Sequence record: DRR378314_485
DNA length: 64,000 nt
Strand: one strand, 5' to 3'
Both the position numbers and the translations under genes were made by a program. Shown piece after piece: positions 40,209 to 51,386 of this stretch (positions are counted from its first letter, which is position 1; each line of letters opens with the position of its first letter). Under the pieces are notes generated by a model. It was not told where the DNA came from, did no database searches, and was given only the letters and a program-made list of their open reading frames with translations.

Positions 40209-41237
40209 CTACTGCTCAGCCAACAACGGCTTAAATGCTTCACTCATATACTCTTCAAAACCGTCATCGGTTTTATAAATGAGCATAACTGCCATATTGT
40301 GTTTTTTTGCGAAGGACTTTGCTTTCTCCGTTCCCATTACAAATAATGCAGTTGCATAAGCGTCGGCAGACATTGTGTCCTCAGCATAAACTGAAGTAGA
40401 AACCAAGTTATGCTGCACTGGAGCACCAGTTACCGGATCAATAATATGCGAATATCGCTTACCATCTTCTTCATAATAGTTCCGGTAATCACCCGATGTC
40501 GCCAAAGCGCCGTCTTTAAATTGGACAACACGTTGCACCGCACGTTCCGTTGAAACCGGTTTTTCTATAGCCAGGCGCCATAATGCTTCATCCGGTTTGC
40601 CGCCTTTTGCAATAACCTCACCGCCAATTTCCACCAGGTACTGCTTTATCCGCAATTGATCTAATAAATGAGCAACTCTGTCGACGCCATAGCCTTTGGC
40701 AATAGTAGACAGGTCGACGTATAGCTCCGGGTTGTCTTTAATCAACTGATGATTTTCTACGCGTAGTTTCTGATAGCCCGTTTTTTCACGAACCGCATTC
40801 AACTCTTCTTCAGACGGTTCTTTTTCTGGCCTAGCCTGAGGACCAAAGCCCCAAAGATTCACCAGGGGACCAACGGTTATGTCCAGAGCACCCTCCGTTT
40901 CCTCAGCAATTTCGAGACCACGATTAACTACCCGTTCAAGGTCGCGGCTAATAACCATAGGTTGGGTACTTTTAAACTGATTAAACTGGGAGAGTTCAGA
41001 CTCTGGATCATAAGTCGACATTTGTGCATTAACTCTTTTGAGCACTATATCAACTTTCTTTTGAATCTCTTCTTTGTTGTGTCTGGGATCCTTAGAGTAG
41101 ACAGTCACACTATAGGTGGTTCCCATAGTCTTACCGCTAAAGGATATTTTCTCAGGTGAATCAGAACAAGAAACTAAAAAGGCCAGCCCCAGAAGGGCTA
41201 GCCAAATTTTAGCAATCGACAGTTTCGATAGCATCAT
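40209..41237 (-). CDS. apbE: FAD:protein FMN transferase
   Basis: Lipobox LVSC, GKTMGTTY, DLSTIAKGYGVD, VEIGGE, ATSGDYRNY, SHIIDP, ADAYATA. Confidence 0.96.
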   Translation of the reverse strand: MMLSKLSIAKIWLALLGLAFLVSCSDSPEKISFSGKTMGTTYSVTVYSKDPRHNKEEIQKKVDIVLKRVNAQMSTYDPESELSQFNQFKSTQPMVISRDLERVVNRGLEIAEETEGALDITVGPLVNLWGFGPQARPEKEPSEEELNAVREKTGYQKLRVENHQLIKDNPELYVDLSTIAKGYGVDRVAHLLDQLRIKQYLVEIGGEVIAKGGKPDEALWRLAIEKPVSTERAVQRVVQFKDGALATSGDYRNYYEEDGKRYSHIIDPVTGAPVQHNLVSTSVYAEDTMSADAYATALFVMGTEKAKSFAKKHNMAVMLIYKTDDGFEEYMSEAFKPLLAEQ

Positions 41238-41240
41238 GAA

Positions 41241-42467
41241 TTAACCACCAAAGTCATCCAACATGATATTTTCGTCTTCAACGCCTAAGTCTTTCAACAA
41301 GTTGATAACTGCCGCGTTCATAACCGGTGGTCCACACATGTAGAACTCACAATCTTCTGGTGCGTCGTGGTCTTTAAGATAACGCTCATAAAGAACGTTG
41401 TGAATAAAGCCAGTATCGCCTTCCCAATTATCTTCCGGTTGTGGATCAGATAATGCCACGTGCCAGTCAAAGTTCTCGTTCTCTTCGGCCAGCATGTCGA
41501 AATCTTCAACATAGAACATTTCTTTTTTCGAGCGCGCACCGTACCAGAACGATACTTTACGATCCGTTTTTATACGACGCATCTGATCAAACAAATGAGA
41601 ACGCATTGGCGCCATACCGGCACCACCACCAATAAAGACCATTTCAGCGTCAGTGTCTTTGGCAAAGAATTCACCAAATGGACCTGAAATTGTGACTTTA
41701 TCGCCTGGCTTCAGACTGAAAATGTACGATGACATTTTGCCTGCAGGCAAGCTTAAGTCGTTAGGTGGCGGCGTTGCTATACGGACGTTCAGCATAATAA
41801 TGCCTTTTTCTTCCGGATAGTTAGCCATTGAATAAGCGCGCACAACTTCTTCGTCAACTTTAGACTCAACATCAAAGAAACCGAAACGATCCCAATCTCC
41901 GTGATATTCTTCAGAAATATCAAAGTCTTTGTATTTAACGTGATGCGGTGGAGCTTCAATCTGAATGAAACCACCCGCACGGAAAGGCACTTCTTCGCCT
42001 TCCGGCAACTGAACAATAAACTCTTTAATGAAGGTTGCTACGTTATCGTTCGACTTAACCGTACAGTCCCACTTACGAATACCAAAAACTTCTTCTGGTA
42101 ATTCAATTTCCATGTCCTGTTTAACGTTAACCTGACAGGAAAGACGACAGCCTTCACGAGCTTCACGTTTAGTAATGTGGTCAAGTTCAGTCGGCAATAT
42201 GTCACCGCCACCCTCTTTAACTGTGACACGACACTGGCCACATGAACCACCACCACCACAAGCTGACGAGACGAAAATACCGGCATTAGCCAGCGCGCCC
42301 AGAAGTTTAGTGCCTGGCTGGGTCACGATTTTTTTGTCTTCGTCGTCATTAATCAGGATTTCCACATCACCCTGAGGTACCAGCTTTGATTTTGCGAACA
42401 TAATAATCGCAACCAAAACCAGTACGATGATGGTAAACATCCCTACACCGAGATATATCTCTTGCAT
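41241..42467 (-). CDS. nqrF: Na+-NQR subunit F
   Basis: [12 protein letters not shown] 2Fe-2S motif, [29 protein letters not shown]. Confidence 0.98.
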   Translation of the reverse strand: MQEIYLGVGMFTIIVLVLVAIIMFAKSKLVPQGDVEILINDDEDKKIVTQPGTKLLGALANAGIFVSSACGGGGSCGQCRVTVKEGGGDILPTELDHITKREAREGCRLSCQVNVKQDMEIELPEEVFGIRKWDCTVKSNDNVATFIKEFIVQLPEGEEVPFRAGGFIQIEAPPHHVKYKDFDISEEYHGDWDRFGFFDVESKVDEEVVRAYSMANYPEEKGIIMLNVRIATPPPNDLSLPAGKMSSYIFSLKPGDKVTISGPFGEFFAKDTDAEMVFIGGGAGMAPMRSHLFDQMRRIKTDRKVSFWYGARSKKEMFYVEDFDMLAEENENFDWHVALSDPQPEDNWEGDTGFIHNVLYERYLKDHDAPEDCEFYMCGPPVMNAAVINLLKDLGVEDENIMLDDFGG

Positions 42468-42503
42468 CGATTCGTACCTTTTTTTACCGATTCAACACAC
42501 TGG

Positions 42504-43112
42504 TTATAAGGATACGCCGGAGAACGACATAAAGCCCAAACCAATCAGACCCACTGAAATAAATGTGATACCTAAGCCACGCAGGCCATCAGGTACATCT
42601 GCATATTTCAGTTTTTCGCGCACTGCAGCCAAAGCAACAATAGCTAAAGCCCAGCCAACACCACTACCAATTCCGAAAACAACGGATTCGCCAAAATTGT
42701 AATCACGCTCGACCATGAAAGCTACGCCACCAAAAATAGCGCAGTTAACGGTAATGAGTGGCAGGAAAATACCCAGTGCGTTGTATAGTGCAGGTACATA
42801 TTTATCCAATGCCATTTCCAATATCTGCACAATAGCGGCAATAACACCTATAAAGGTCAGAAACTTCAGGAAACTTAGATCCGCATCCGGGAAGCCAGCC
42901 CATTCCAGAGCACCTGGGGCCAGAATGTTGTGGTAAATTAAGTTGTTAACCGGTACCGAAATACCCAATACAACAATAACCGCGACACCCAGACCAAATG
43001 CTGTTTTTACTTTCTTAGATACAGCCAAAAACGTACACATACCTAAGAAGAAGGACAATGCTAGGTTTTCAATGAAAACCGCGCGGATGAACAGGTTGAT
43101 ATAGTTTTCCAT
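42504..43112 (-). CDS. nqrE: Na+-NQR subunit E
   Basis: [30 protein letters not shown] spacing favours ATG 43112. Confidence 0.97.
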   Translation of the reverse strand: MENYINLFIRAVFIENLALSFFLGMCTFLAVSKKVKTAFGLGVAVIVVLGISVPVNNLIYHNILAPGALEWAGFPDADLSFLKFLTFIGVIAAIVQILEMALDKYVPALYNALGIFLPLITVNCAIFGGVAFMVERDYNFGESVVFGIGSGVGWALAIVALAAVREKLKYADVPDGLRGLGITFISVGLIGLGFMSFSGVSL

Positions 43113-43117
43113 GACCA

Positions 43118-43750
43118 TTACTCCTTAGGTTCAACTTGTTCAGTGCGGAAGGTACGCAGTACCCAGATAAACCCGCCAATGATGAAGAAGGCACTAGGTG
43201 GCATCAGTAACAAGCCAACCGGCTCGAACCAACCACCTTGTGATGCCAGAGGTAAAATCTGTACATCAAACAAGCTGCCTGAACCAAAGAGTTCACGAAT
43301 GAAGCCAACAACCAACAGCACCACTGAGTAACCTAAACCGTTACCCAGTCCGTCCAGGAAGGACATAAACGGAGTGCTCTTCATAGCATAAGCTTCTGCG
43401 CGACCCATAACGATACAGTTAGTAATGATTAAGCCAACGAATACTGACAACTCTTTAGAAATTGAGTAAGCGTAAGCTTTTAGTATCTGGTCAACGACAA
43501 TAACCAAGCTCGCAATAATTGTCATTTGGACAATAATACGTACGCTTGACGGAATATGATTCCTGATAATCGAAATAAACAAGTTTGAGCACGCAACAAC
43601 CGCAGTTAGTGCAAGGCACATAACCAGTGTGTTGCTCATTTTCGACGTTACAGCCAATGCAGAACAGATACCAAGAATCTGTAGTGCGATGGGGTTGTTG
43701 GCGAATATCGGTCCGAATAATACGGACTTCATTTCTTTTGCACTAGCCAT
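43118..43750 (-). CDS. nqrD: Na+-NQR subunit D
   Basis: [33 protein letters not shown]. Confidence 0.97.
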   Translation of the reverse strand: MASAKEMKSVLFGPIFANNPIALQILGICSALAVTSKMSNTLVMCLALTAVVACSNLFISIIRNHIPSSVRIIVQMTIIASLVIVVDQILKAYAYSISKELSVFVGLIITNCIVMGRAEAYAMKSTPFMSFLDGLGNGLGYSVVLLVVGFIRELFGSGSLFDVQILPLASQGGWFEPVGLLLMPPSAFFIIGGFIWVLRTFRTEQVEPKE

Positions 43751-44519
43751 TGTTCAACTCTCCCTCACGAAGTTTCTTGAGTAATGGACCGTAACCGTTT
43801 TCGCCCATCCAGAATTGAACCAGGTTTTCGACACCATTACTGGTCAAAGTTGCACCAGAAAGCGCGTCAACTTCGTGCTCGCCTTTGGCGCCGCCTTTTA
43901 CCACTTCAAACTGGACGTTACCGTCCTCGCCATAAACTTCTTTACCTTGCCAAGTTTTCACCCAGGCCGGGTTAGTAATTTCACCACCGAGCCCCGCGGT
44001 TTCAGAATGCTCGTAGAAAATAACACCTTTAACCGTCTCAAAGTCGCCTTCTAACGCCAGCAAGCCGTACATGGTTCCCCACAAACCCTGTCCCCGAATA
44101 TGCAGAACAAGACCTGTTGTTTCGCCGCTTTCATCTTTAACAAGATAAATCTGTGTTAAATTTTCGCGGGTACCCAAACCAGCAGGGTCGTTCTTTTTCT
44201 CGAGCTTTTTACTTCTTTCAGGGTCACGCGCTGCTTTGCGGTTGCTGAAAGATGTCGGGTCAATGTCATTCTTAACGGTTAAATCTTCAAGGCTGACAAC
44301 CATGGTATCGATGCGTTGCTTGTAAGTTCCAACAACGTCAGTATCGGCTTCCAGAATACCTAAAACATCCAAAACGTTCTTCTGCATATCAAGTGCTGCA
44401 TTCTTTTCCTGCAGTGGTTTCAAACCAATAGCAGCACCAGAAACAACAATTGAGCAAACCAGGCAAAGCGCCAGCACGACACCAACGGTCTTGCCTAAAC
44501 TTTCATTTTTCTTAGCCAT
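43743..44519 (-). CDS. nqrC: Na+-NQR subunit C
   Basis: [16 protein letters not shown]-attachment motif [10 protein letters not shown]. Confidence 0.97.
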   Translation of the reverse strand: MAKKNESLGKTVGVVLALCLVCSIVVSGAAIGLKPLQEKNAALDMQKNVLDVLGILEADTDVVGTYKQRIDTMVVSLEDLTVKNDIDPTSFSNRKAARDPERSKKLEKKNDPAGLGTRENLTQIYLVKDESGETTGLVLHIRGQGLWGTMYGLLALEGDFETVKGVIFYEHSETAGLGGEITNPAWVKTWQGKEVYGEDGNVQFEVVKGGAKGEHEVDALSGATLTSNGVENLVQFWMGENGYGPLLKKLREGELNNG

Positions 44520-45714
44520 TGCGCGCTAACCTCCGTTTGATATTTGCCTGTGCTACAAAGTGGTCAAATAACGGTGCAAATACGTTAGCAAATAAGATGG
44601 CCAACATGATGCCTTCCGGGAATGCCGGGTTAATGACACGAATCATGACCGTCATAAAACCAATTAACAAGCCGTACGCAAACTTCCCTTTATTGGTAAA
44701 GGACGCTGATACCGGGTCGGTAGCCATAAACATCATTGCAAAGGCAAAACCACCTAATACTAAGTGCCAGTACCAAGGCATTGCGAACATTGGATTGGTC
44801 TCGCTACCAACAAGGTTAAGTAGTCCGGAGAACAGAACCATACCAGCAAAGACACCCAGAACGATGCGCCAGGAGGCAATACGGAAATAAATTAACGCTA
44901 AGCCGCCAATCAAAATCAGTAAGGTTGAGACTTCGCCTACTGATCCCTGGATGTTACCAAGGAAGGCGTCCCACCAAAGCTGAGTATTCCCATAATCCAT
45001 TTCACCCAGAGCCGCTTTACCCAAGTTTGTTGCACCAGAAAAGCCATCGACGGCAGTCCAGATGGAATCACCTGACATGCTGGCAGGATAAGCGAAGTAT
45101 AAGAATGCGCGACCGGTTAGTGCCGGGTTAAGGAAGTTGCGGCCAGTACCGCCAAAAATTTCCTTACCAATAACGACACCGAAAGTGATACCTAAAGCAA
45201 CCTGCCACAATGGTGTTGTCGCCGGTAAAATCAGGGAGAATAAAACCGAAGTAACAAAGAAGCCTTCGTTAACTTCGTGCTTACGAATAGAAGCAAACAA
45301 CACTTCCCAGAAACCACCAACAATAAAGGTAACCGCATAAATAGGTACGTAGAAACAGGCACCATACCAAAGTTTCGAGCCCCATCCAGCACTAGCGCCT
45401 AACTCGCCGCCGAACAAGTGGAATAACCCAACCTGCCAGACGTCAGAAAGCGCATAGCCGTCAGCCAAAGCCAAAGCAGCCTGGTTACCAACGTTGTACA
45501 TACCCCAGAACATTGCCGGGAACGTCATCATCCACACCAGAATCATAATGCGCTTAAGGTCGATACGGTCACGAACATGCGTAGCCGACTTAGTCACAGT
45601 ACCTGGTGTGTACAAAATAGTGGCTACGGCTTCGTAAAGCGCGTACCACTTCTCGTATTTACCGCCTTCTTCAAATTGCGGTTCAATACGCTCGAGTGTG
45701 TCTTTCAAGCTCAT
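44512..45714 (-). CDS. nqrB: Na+-NQR subunit B
   Basis: [33 protein letters not shown] site, MATDPVS. Confidence 0.97.
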   Translation of the reverse strand: MSLKDTLERIEPQFEEGGKYEKWYALYEAVATILYTPGTVTKSATHVRDRIDLKRIMILVWMMTFPAMFWGMYNVGNQAALALADGYALSDVWQVGLFHLFGGELGASAGWGSKLWYGACFYVPIYAVTFIVGGFWEVLFASIRKHEVNEGFFVTSVLFSLILPATTPLWQVALGITFGVVIGKEIFGGTGRNFLNPALTGRAFLYFAYPASMSGDSIWTAVDGFSGATNLGKAALGEMDYGNTQLWWDAFLGNIQGSVGEVSTLLILIGGLALIYFRIASWRIVLGVFAGMVLFSGLLNLVGSETNPMFAMPWYWHLVLGGFAFAMMFMATDPVSASFTNKGKFAYGLLIGFMTVMIRVINPAFPEGIMLAILFANVFAPLFDHFVAQANIKRRLARNG

Positions 45715-45716
45715 GG

Positions 45717-47057
45717 TTAGCCTTCTTTCTCAATCTTAGTGAGACAGTCACGCAGCACCGGGCCATATTCGTACTTCCCGGGGCAAACATAAGTGCACAA
45801 TGCGAGGTCTTCCTCGTCCAGTTCCAGACAACCTAGTTGCTGACCTTCATCAGTATCCCCTGACAACAAGTCACGTAGCAGTAATGTTGGCAGAATGTCC
45901 AAAGGCATTACGCGTTCGTAGTTACCAATTGGAACCATTGAACGTGAAGAACCATTCAGTGACGTTGTCATGCTGAATAACTTCTTCGGATTAAAGTGTC
46001 CGGCATAAGCACGTGTTACTGAGTGCAAGTCAGAGCCCGGGCGTATCCAGCCCAAAAACTCTTTATAATTGCCTTCCGGAATAACACTAACCTGATTGTG
46101 AAAACGACCTAACCAGGCATGCTCGTCATCCGCAGTGTGACCATGCAGGACTGACCCTGAGATAATACGTTGATTATCACCACTTAGCTCACCATCCGTT
46201 AACTCATGCAAGTTAGCACCTAAGCGAGTACGCAGTAGACGAGGTTCTTTCACACCTTCTCCGGCAACGGAGACAACACGGTCAGTAAATATTTCACCTG
46301 TAGTGAATAACTTACCGTAAGCTATAACGTCCTGATAACCTATGTGCCATACCGGGCGTTTGATGCTAGCAGGCTGAAGGAAGTGTATATGAGTACCAAC
46401 CAAACCTGATGGGTGAGGGCCTGAAAATGACTCCAGCGTGACATCTGCGTCACCAGTATCCACTTCAGCATTACCCTCTTTACAAACAAACAACTTACCT
46501 TCGGTCAGGTTAGAAAGAACCTTCAGACCGTCAATGAAAGCTTGTTTCTGTTCATTTATAAATAAAGTTGGGTCACCAGCTAATGGGTTAGAATCCATCG
46601 CGTTAACAAAAATCGCGCTGGCTTCTGCATCTAATGCCGGAGACTTACTATAAGGACGGGTACGAAGAGCTGTCCATTGACCAGACTCAACCAGAATGTC
46701 CTGAACTTTCTCACGACCTAATGAGTTAAGCTTGTCGCTGTCAAATTTGTCAAAAGTAACTTGCTCGTCACCTTTCAGCTCAATAACAACCGCCTGCAAC
46801 ACTCGACGCTCACCACGCAGGATGTCTTTTACTACACCAGCACCAGGGGCTGTGTACTTGACACCAGGGTTTTTCTTATCCTCGAAAATCAGCTGACCTT
46901 TCTTAACCTGGTCACCTTCTTTCACGTGCATGGTTGGGCGCATACCCACGTATTCTTCACCTAGGGTAGCAACTGTCGTCACAGCCTTACCGTCGGATAG
47001 TTCTTGCTGGGGCGCCCCTTTTATAGGGATGTCCAGCCCTTTCTTGATCGTAATCAT
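45717..47057 (-). CDS. nqrA: Na+-NQR subunit A
   Basis: [35 protein letters not shown]. Confidence 0.97.
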   Translation of the reverse strand: MITIKKGLDIPIKGAPQQELSDGKAVTTVATLGEEYVGMRPTMHVKEGDQVKKGQLIFEDKKNPGVKYTAPGAGVVKDILRGERRVLQAVVIELKGDEQVTFDKFDSDKLNSLGREKVQDILVESGQWTALRTRPYSKSPALDAEASAIFVNAMDSNPLAGDPTLFINEQKQAFIDGLKVLSNLTEGKLFVCKEGNAEVDTGDADVTLESFSGPHPSGLVGTHIHFLQPASIKRPVWHIGYQDVIAYGKLFTTGEIFTDRVVSVAGEGVKEPRLLRTRLGANLHELTDGELSGDNQRIISGSVLHGHTADDEHAWLGRFHNQVSVIPEGNYKEFLGWIRPGSDLHSVTRAYAGHFNPKKLFSMTTSLNGSSRSMVPIGNYERVMPLDILPTLLLRDLLSGDTDEGQQLGCLELDEEDLALCTYVCPGKYEYGPVLRDCLTKIEKEG

Positions 47058-47207
47058 ATGCGTTTGCACTACTCGTTAAGGGAAGATTCATCACAACCAG
47101 CCACCAGGACTGGAAACCTGAATAATCAAATAGTTACCGACACAAACAACCGCCTTCAGGGGGCTTGTCATCGGCAACCTGAAACATTTTCCACACTTAT
47201 CGTTGGG

Positions 47208-47216
47208 ATTTTAGCA
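47208..47216 (-). promoter_or_regulatory. Putative extended -10 promoter of the nqr operon
   Basis: Minus strand TGcTAAAAT, about 150 nt upstream of nqrA. Confidence 0.45.
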
Positions 47217-47231
47217 TTTTTCCCACAACGC

Positions 47232-48410
47232 TTACCAGTTTACTTTTGGATCAATATCCGCGTCATAATCGACATTATCGAAGCCAAAACCGAATAAATG
47301 CAGGAACTCCTGATGATACCCTTCGTAATCGGCAAGCTGATGGAAGTTGTCCTGAGTGACTTGCTCCCAAAGGGCTTCTATTTTCGCTTGAGTCTTATCG
47401 TTAGTTTCGTAACCGTCCATGTGCAGTCGACCTGCTTCGTCAAGCTCAGGGTTACTATTATATAAACCTTCGGTAAACAGGCGATAAATCTGTTCGATGC
47501 AACCTTCGTGCGTGCCTTCTTCTTTCATGACTTTATAAATTAATGAAATATAAAGAGGCATAACAGGAATTGCCGAACTAGCTTGTGTTACCAACGCCTT
47601 TAATGAAGAAACGTAAGCTTTCAGATTAAGATCATCGCACTCGGCGACAAGTTCTGATGCCGCACGATCAAGATCTTCTTTTGCACGACCAATGGTTGCA
47701 TGACCATAAATTGGCAATGTCAGTTTTTTACCTATGTAGGTATAAGCAGTGGTTTGGCAGTTTTCGGCCAGCACGCCTGCATTATGCAGAGCTTTAACCC
47801 AGCGTTCCCAGTCTTCACCGCCCATGACTTTTACCGTATTGGCAATATCTTCATCAGTAGCCGGATCAAGTGTCACTTCGTGTACCTGATCTTTGTCCGT
47901 ATTGTAGGTTTTAGTTGTGTATTGTTTGCCTATTGGCTTTAACACTGAACTGTAGACTTCGCCGCTATCGGGGTCTTTACGTTTAGGTGATGCCAGGCTG
48001 TAAACAACGAGGTCAATTTTTCCCATGTTTTGTTTAATGTAGTCGATACTTTCCTGTTTAATTTCATCAGAAAATGCATCGCCATTAATTGAATGGAAAG
48101 CCAAACCAGCTTTGTTCGCTTCTTGATGAAAAGCGGCAGTATTATACCAACCAGCTGTCGCTGTTTTCTTTTCCGTAGGCTCTTTCTCAAAACAAACACC
48201 GAGAGTATGAGCTTCGCTGCCAAAGGCAGCGGTAATTCTTGAGGCAAGTCCGTAACCTGTGGAGCAACCTATGACGAGAACATTCTTAGGGCCATTGGCG
48301 ATGGCAGGTTTATTACGGACAAATTCGATTTGACGTTTGACGTTTTCGGCACAACCCACCGGATGAGAATTGGTGCAGATAAAACCGCGAATTTTTGGCT
48401 TAATGATCAT
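47232..48410 (-). CDS. fabV: Enoyl-ACP reductase FabV
   Basis: MIIKPKIRGFIC, GCSTGYGLASRI, VYSLASP, MGGEDW, Y-x8-K (YGHATIGRAK), C-terminal FGF. Confidence 0.96.
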   Translation of the reverse strand: MIIKPKIRGFICTNSHPVGCAENVKRQIEFVRNKPAIANGPKNVLVIGCSTGYGLASRITAAFGSEAHTLGVCFEKEPTEKKTATAGWYNTAAFHQEANKAGLAFHSINGDAFSDEIKQESIDYIKQNMGKIDLVVYSLASPKRKDPDSGEVYSSVLKPIGKQYTTKTYNTDKDQVHEVTLDPATDEDIANTVKVMGGEDWERWVKALHNAGVLAENCQTTAYTYIGKKLTLPIYGHATIGRAKEDLDRAASELVAECDDLNLKAYVSSLKALVTQASSAIPVMPLYISLIYKVMKEEGTHEGCIEQIYRLFTEGLYNSNPELDEAGRLHMDGYETNDKTQAKIEALWEQVTQDNFHQLADYEGYHQEFLHLFGFGFDNVDYDADIDPKVNW

Positions 48411-48494
48411 ATTGATGTATCCCTGTTGTTCGCATTATTTTGGCTATTGTAACCAATCAAACCACAGGAACACATCAGACATGCGTAATTTTTC

Positions 48495-48815
48495 TTAATT
48501 TGCCGCTATTTTCGACCCACCCAGACAGTTCGGTGAACGTCTGGACTCTCCCAATTGCTCCCACTCACCTTGGGTATAGGTGTGTAACGCCAGTGCATGG
48601 ATATGATTCATTAGTTCATCCGCTAAAATTTTATTAACCGCACGGTGACGGTTAATAAGTCTCTCTCCACTGAACTTAGGGGTCACTAAGACCACTTTAA
48701 AGTGAGATTCAGCATTAGCTCCGCCTGAATGCATATGACTTTCATCCGCGACTTCCAGATGTACTGGAGTAAACGCTTCCCGCAATTTATTTTCAATATC
48801 TAGCCCAATAGACAT
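48495..48815 (-). CDS. bolA: BolA family protein
   Basis: DESHMH, ESHFKV, RHRAVN, HIHALAL, SPNCLGG. Confidence 0.94.
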   Translation of the reverse strand: MSIGLDIENKLREAFTPVHLEVADESHMHSGGANAESHFKVVLVTPKFSGERLINRHRAVNKILADELMNHIHALALHTYTQGEWEQLGESRRSPNCLGGSKIAAN

Positions 48816-48931
48816 AACGACTCCCCCTCTGCGTTCGCCTCTAATCTTCAGTTTAGTTTACTTATACTGAATCGCAGAAATTTTTTTCAAAAACTTGCTA
48901 ACTCTACGAATTTTCGGAGAATAAAGTTTGC

Positions 48932-49408
48932 TCAATATTCAGAGTCATCGACTGCTGCATGACACACTTCATCAATGGCGGATAAGCTGACGACAGCAGG
49001 AAAAACGGCATCAACCACTTCGCCTTTAGAAGCCTTTGCTGGTTTAACCAAATGATAGCGTTGTGCACTGACATTTCCTTCTGCCTGCCAGAGTAAAACA
49101 TCGGTTTGTTTGAAAAGCTTTGATAAAGCATTTATGCCCTCGCTTCTGTGCGGCGGAAACGCCGTACTTTCCCCCGATAGGCGCCAGCCTCTGAGTTCGG
49201 CTTCCGATGCCAGCAAAGCCTCATTAATGCGGTTACGGCAAAAACTAAGCTCAATCGTTGCCCGGCTCAGTTGCCAGTTATTATTAGGCAGTAACTGTTC
49301 GTCCAGAGCTTTGACTTCAGCACTGTGCAAATCGGTTGTACCTTCCTGCCCGCAGCCACTAAGAACGGCGAGGAATAACCCTGCCACCAAAAAATTTTTA
49401 AAAGCCAT
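48932..49408 (-). CDS. Hypothetical lipoprotein
   Basis: Lipobox LSGC after a hydrophobic signal, GGAGG RBS, no recognisable domain. Confidence 0.7.
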   Translation of the reverse strand: MAFKNFLVAGLFLAVLSGCGQEGTTDLHSAEVKALDEQLLPNNNWQLSRATIELSFCRNRINEALLASEAELRGWRLSGESTAFPPHRSEGINALSKLFKQTDVLLWQAEGNVSAQRYHLVKPAKASKGEVVDAVFPAVVSLSAIDEVCHAAVDDSEY

Positions 49409-49524
49409 AAGGAAACCTCCAAGGCTTGATATTATAACTGAAAAGCGCAGATAAACCGTTGTCTTAGTGTTAAAATTTCTGGCAGTATAGAACGTAATTT
49501 GTCATAGGGATTCAAATCAGTTTC

Positions 49525-50835
49525 ATGTCATCCATCTCATTTTTTCGTAACACACTTATTGCTGGTGGTCTTAGCTTACTCATGACCCCTTCTGCGCTTA
49601 GCTCCGTATGGATTGAAGCAAATGATGCGGAATTGCGGAACAGTCTGATTGTATTAGCTGAATCAGGGCTTATCAAAACACCCATTCAGCAATTTCCAAT
49701 AACCTGGAAAAGCTTACTGCCGGAGTTGGATGCGCTTGAATTAAAAGGTTTGAGCCCAACCCAGCAATTAGCATTACGCCATGTGCGTCATCAGTTATCA
49801 CAAGCTCAGAATGGGCCTAAAACACGATGGTATATCGGTGCAACGGATAGCGAGCAGGTAGTTCAGGATTACGGCGACGACACCTATGAAGAAGGTAAAA
49901 TTAGCCTAAGCCGCAGTATGCACGGTACAAACTGGGCGGCAAGAATTCAGGTAAACTATCGTCAGGACCCCTTTGAAGGTGATCACAAAAAGACTCTGGA
50001 TGGCAGTTACTTAGCTTACAACCTGAATGACTGGAGCTTCAGTCTGGATTCACTGCCTCTGCGTTGGGGGCCAGCAGAGCACAGCAGCTTGCTGTTTTCT
50101 AACAATGCACGCCCTATGCCCAAAATTCGAATCGATTACGCTCCTGATTATCCACCAGCCGGAATGAATCCATTCAAAATCAGTTTATTCAGTGCCTATC
50201 AGGACGACGGATACAGCGACCATTACCGGGTTAACGGCATCCGCTTCTCCAGTCAGTTATTTCAACATTTATGGTTCGGCATTAGCGCCATTGAGCAGAG
50301 CGGCGACAACCGCCCCGACAACCGGATGTTGACCGCCGATGCCAGAACCGGTTTCGACTGGGGGACTCATCAGTTTTCAGCTTACGCAGAACTGGGTATT
50401 GACCGAAAACTGGAAACCGACGACAAACCGGTATATACCCTGGGCGCACAATGGATGACAGGCTCTAAAGAACGTCGTCATAGCTTCACGGTTGAATACA
50501 GTCAGTTAGACGGCGGAGAAGAGCACGATTTTTATTCGCTGGACGAAAATCAAAGACAATACTTTCTGAACCACCAGCGTAATCCCGGCTCGCCTTTCCC
50601 CCGTGAGAGTCAGACTGTATCTGCCAGCTATCGACAGTTTTCAGCCGACGGTTCTGCCTGGACGGCGCTGGTCAGTCATAGTAAAGAAAAAGACGATGAC
50701 ACTCTGTCACGGGCTTTACTGCGGCGCACTGAACCTGCTTTTTCGGGGTTAGTTAAACTCTCTCTGCAATACCTTGACGGTAGCAATTACGACGGCGAAG
50801 TGGGCGTACAATTGAGTGGAGAATGGCGCTTTTAA
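49525..50835 (+). CDS. Wzi-like (capsule assembly) outer-membrane beta-barrel
   Basis: Signal peptide, LDGSY, RWGPAEHSSLLFSNNARPMP signature, C-terminal WRF. Confidence 0.75.
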   Translation: MSSISFFRNTLIAGGLSLLMTPSALSSVWIEANDAELRNSLIVLAESGLIKTPIQQFPITWKSLLPELDALELKGLSPTQQLALRHVRHQLSQAQNGPKTRWYIGATDSEQVVQDYGDDTYEEGKISLSRSMHGTNWAARIQVNYRQDPFEGDHKKTLDGSYLAYNLNDWSFSLDSLPLRWGPAEHSSLLFSNNARPMPKIRIDYAPDYPPAGMNPFKISLFSAYQDDGYSDHYRVNGIRFSSQLFQHLWFGISAIEQSGDNRPDNRMLTADARTGFDWGTHQFSAYAELGIDRKLETDDKPVYTLGAQWMTGSKERRHSFTVEYSQLDGGEEHDFYSLDENQRQYFLNHQRNPGSPFPRESQTVSASYRQFSADGSAWTALVSHSKEKDDDTLSRALLRRTEPAFSGLVKLSLQYLDGSNYDGEVGVQLSGEWRF

Positions 50836-51386
50836 CGCGCCAGCTTCTGCCCTACTCCCAGGCTGATGGTGTCCATAACATTAAGCCAGGCTTCATCCAG
50901 AGCATTGACTAACGCAGGATAGCCGTCACTTTTCAACGGCGTGCTTTCAGTAAAGGTTCCTTTCAGCACCGTCTGGTTATCCTGACTTTTATATTCCCAG
51001 TGACCCGCAACAACGGCCCGTGAGTCATTACTTCCATAAAAATCGTCAACCCAAACCGTTAGCTTGCCTTCGCAATTGTCAGCCAGCAAAAGGCGCTGAA
51101 CACTACGCTGAAGTTGATGCGCCAGAGGCGTACTCCAACGGTGCTGCCGGGCACTATGCCAGCGGGTTTCATCCTGCTGTAGCTGCAACCCGGGTTTCGC
51201 CGCTGAATCACCCACAAATACAGGACGCTTATCCGCGTTACACAAGGCTTCCACGGACTCACTCAAATGTGGAAGTCGATATTGCGTTATCTCATATGAG
51301 TTAGAGGAACACCCGGCGAGCAACGCAATTACTGCACCAGTAACAAACGGCTTGAGTACTTTTGGAAAAGAATATCTGCTATTCAT
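50832..51386 (-). CDS. pqiC: PqiC family OM lipoprotein
   Basis: Lipobox LAGC, HRWSTPL, DGYPALVNAL..AW; follows pqiB. Confidence 0.85.
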   Translation of the reverse strand: MNSRYSFPKVLKPFVTGAVIALLAGCSSNSYEITQYRLPHLSESVEALCNADKRPVFVGDSAAKPGLQLQQDETRWHSARQHRWSTPLAHQLQRSVQRLLLADNCEGKLTVWVDDFYGSNDSRAVVAGHWEYKSQDNQTVLKGTFTESTPLKSDGYPALVNALDEAWLNVMDTISLGVGQKLAR

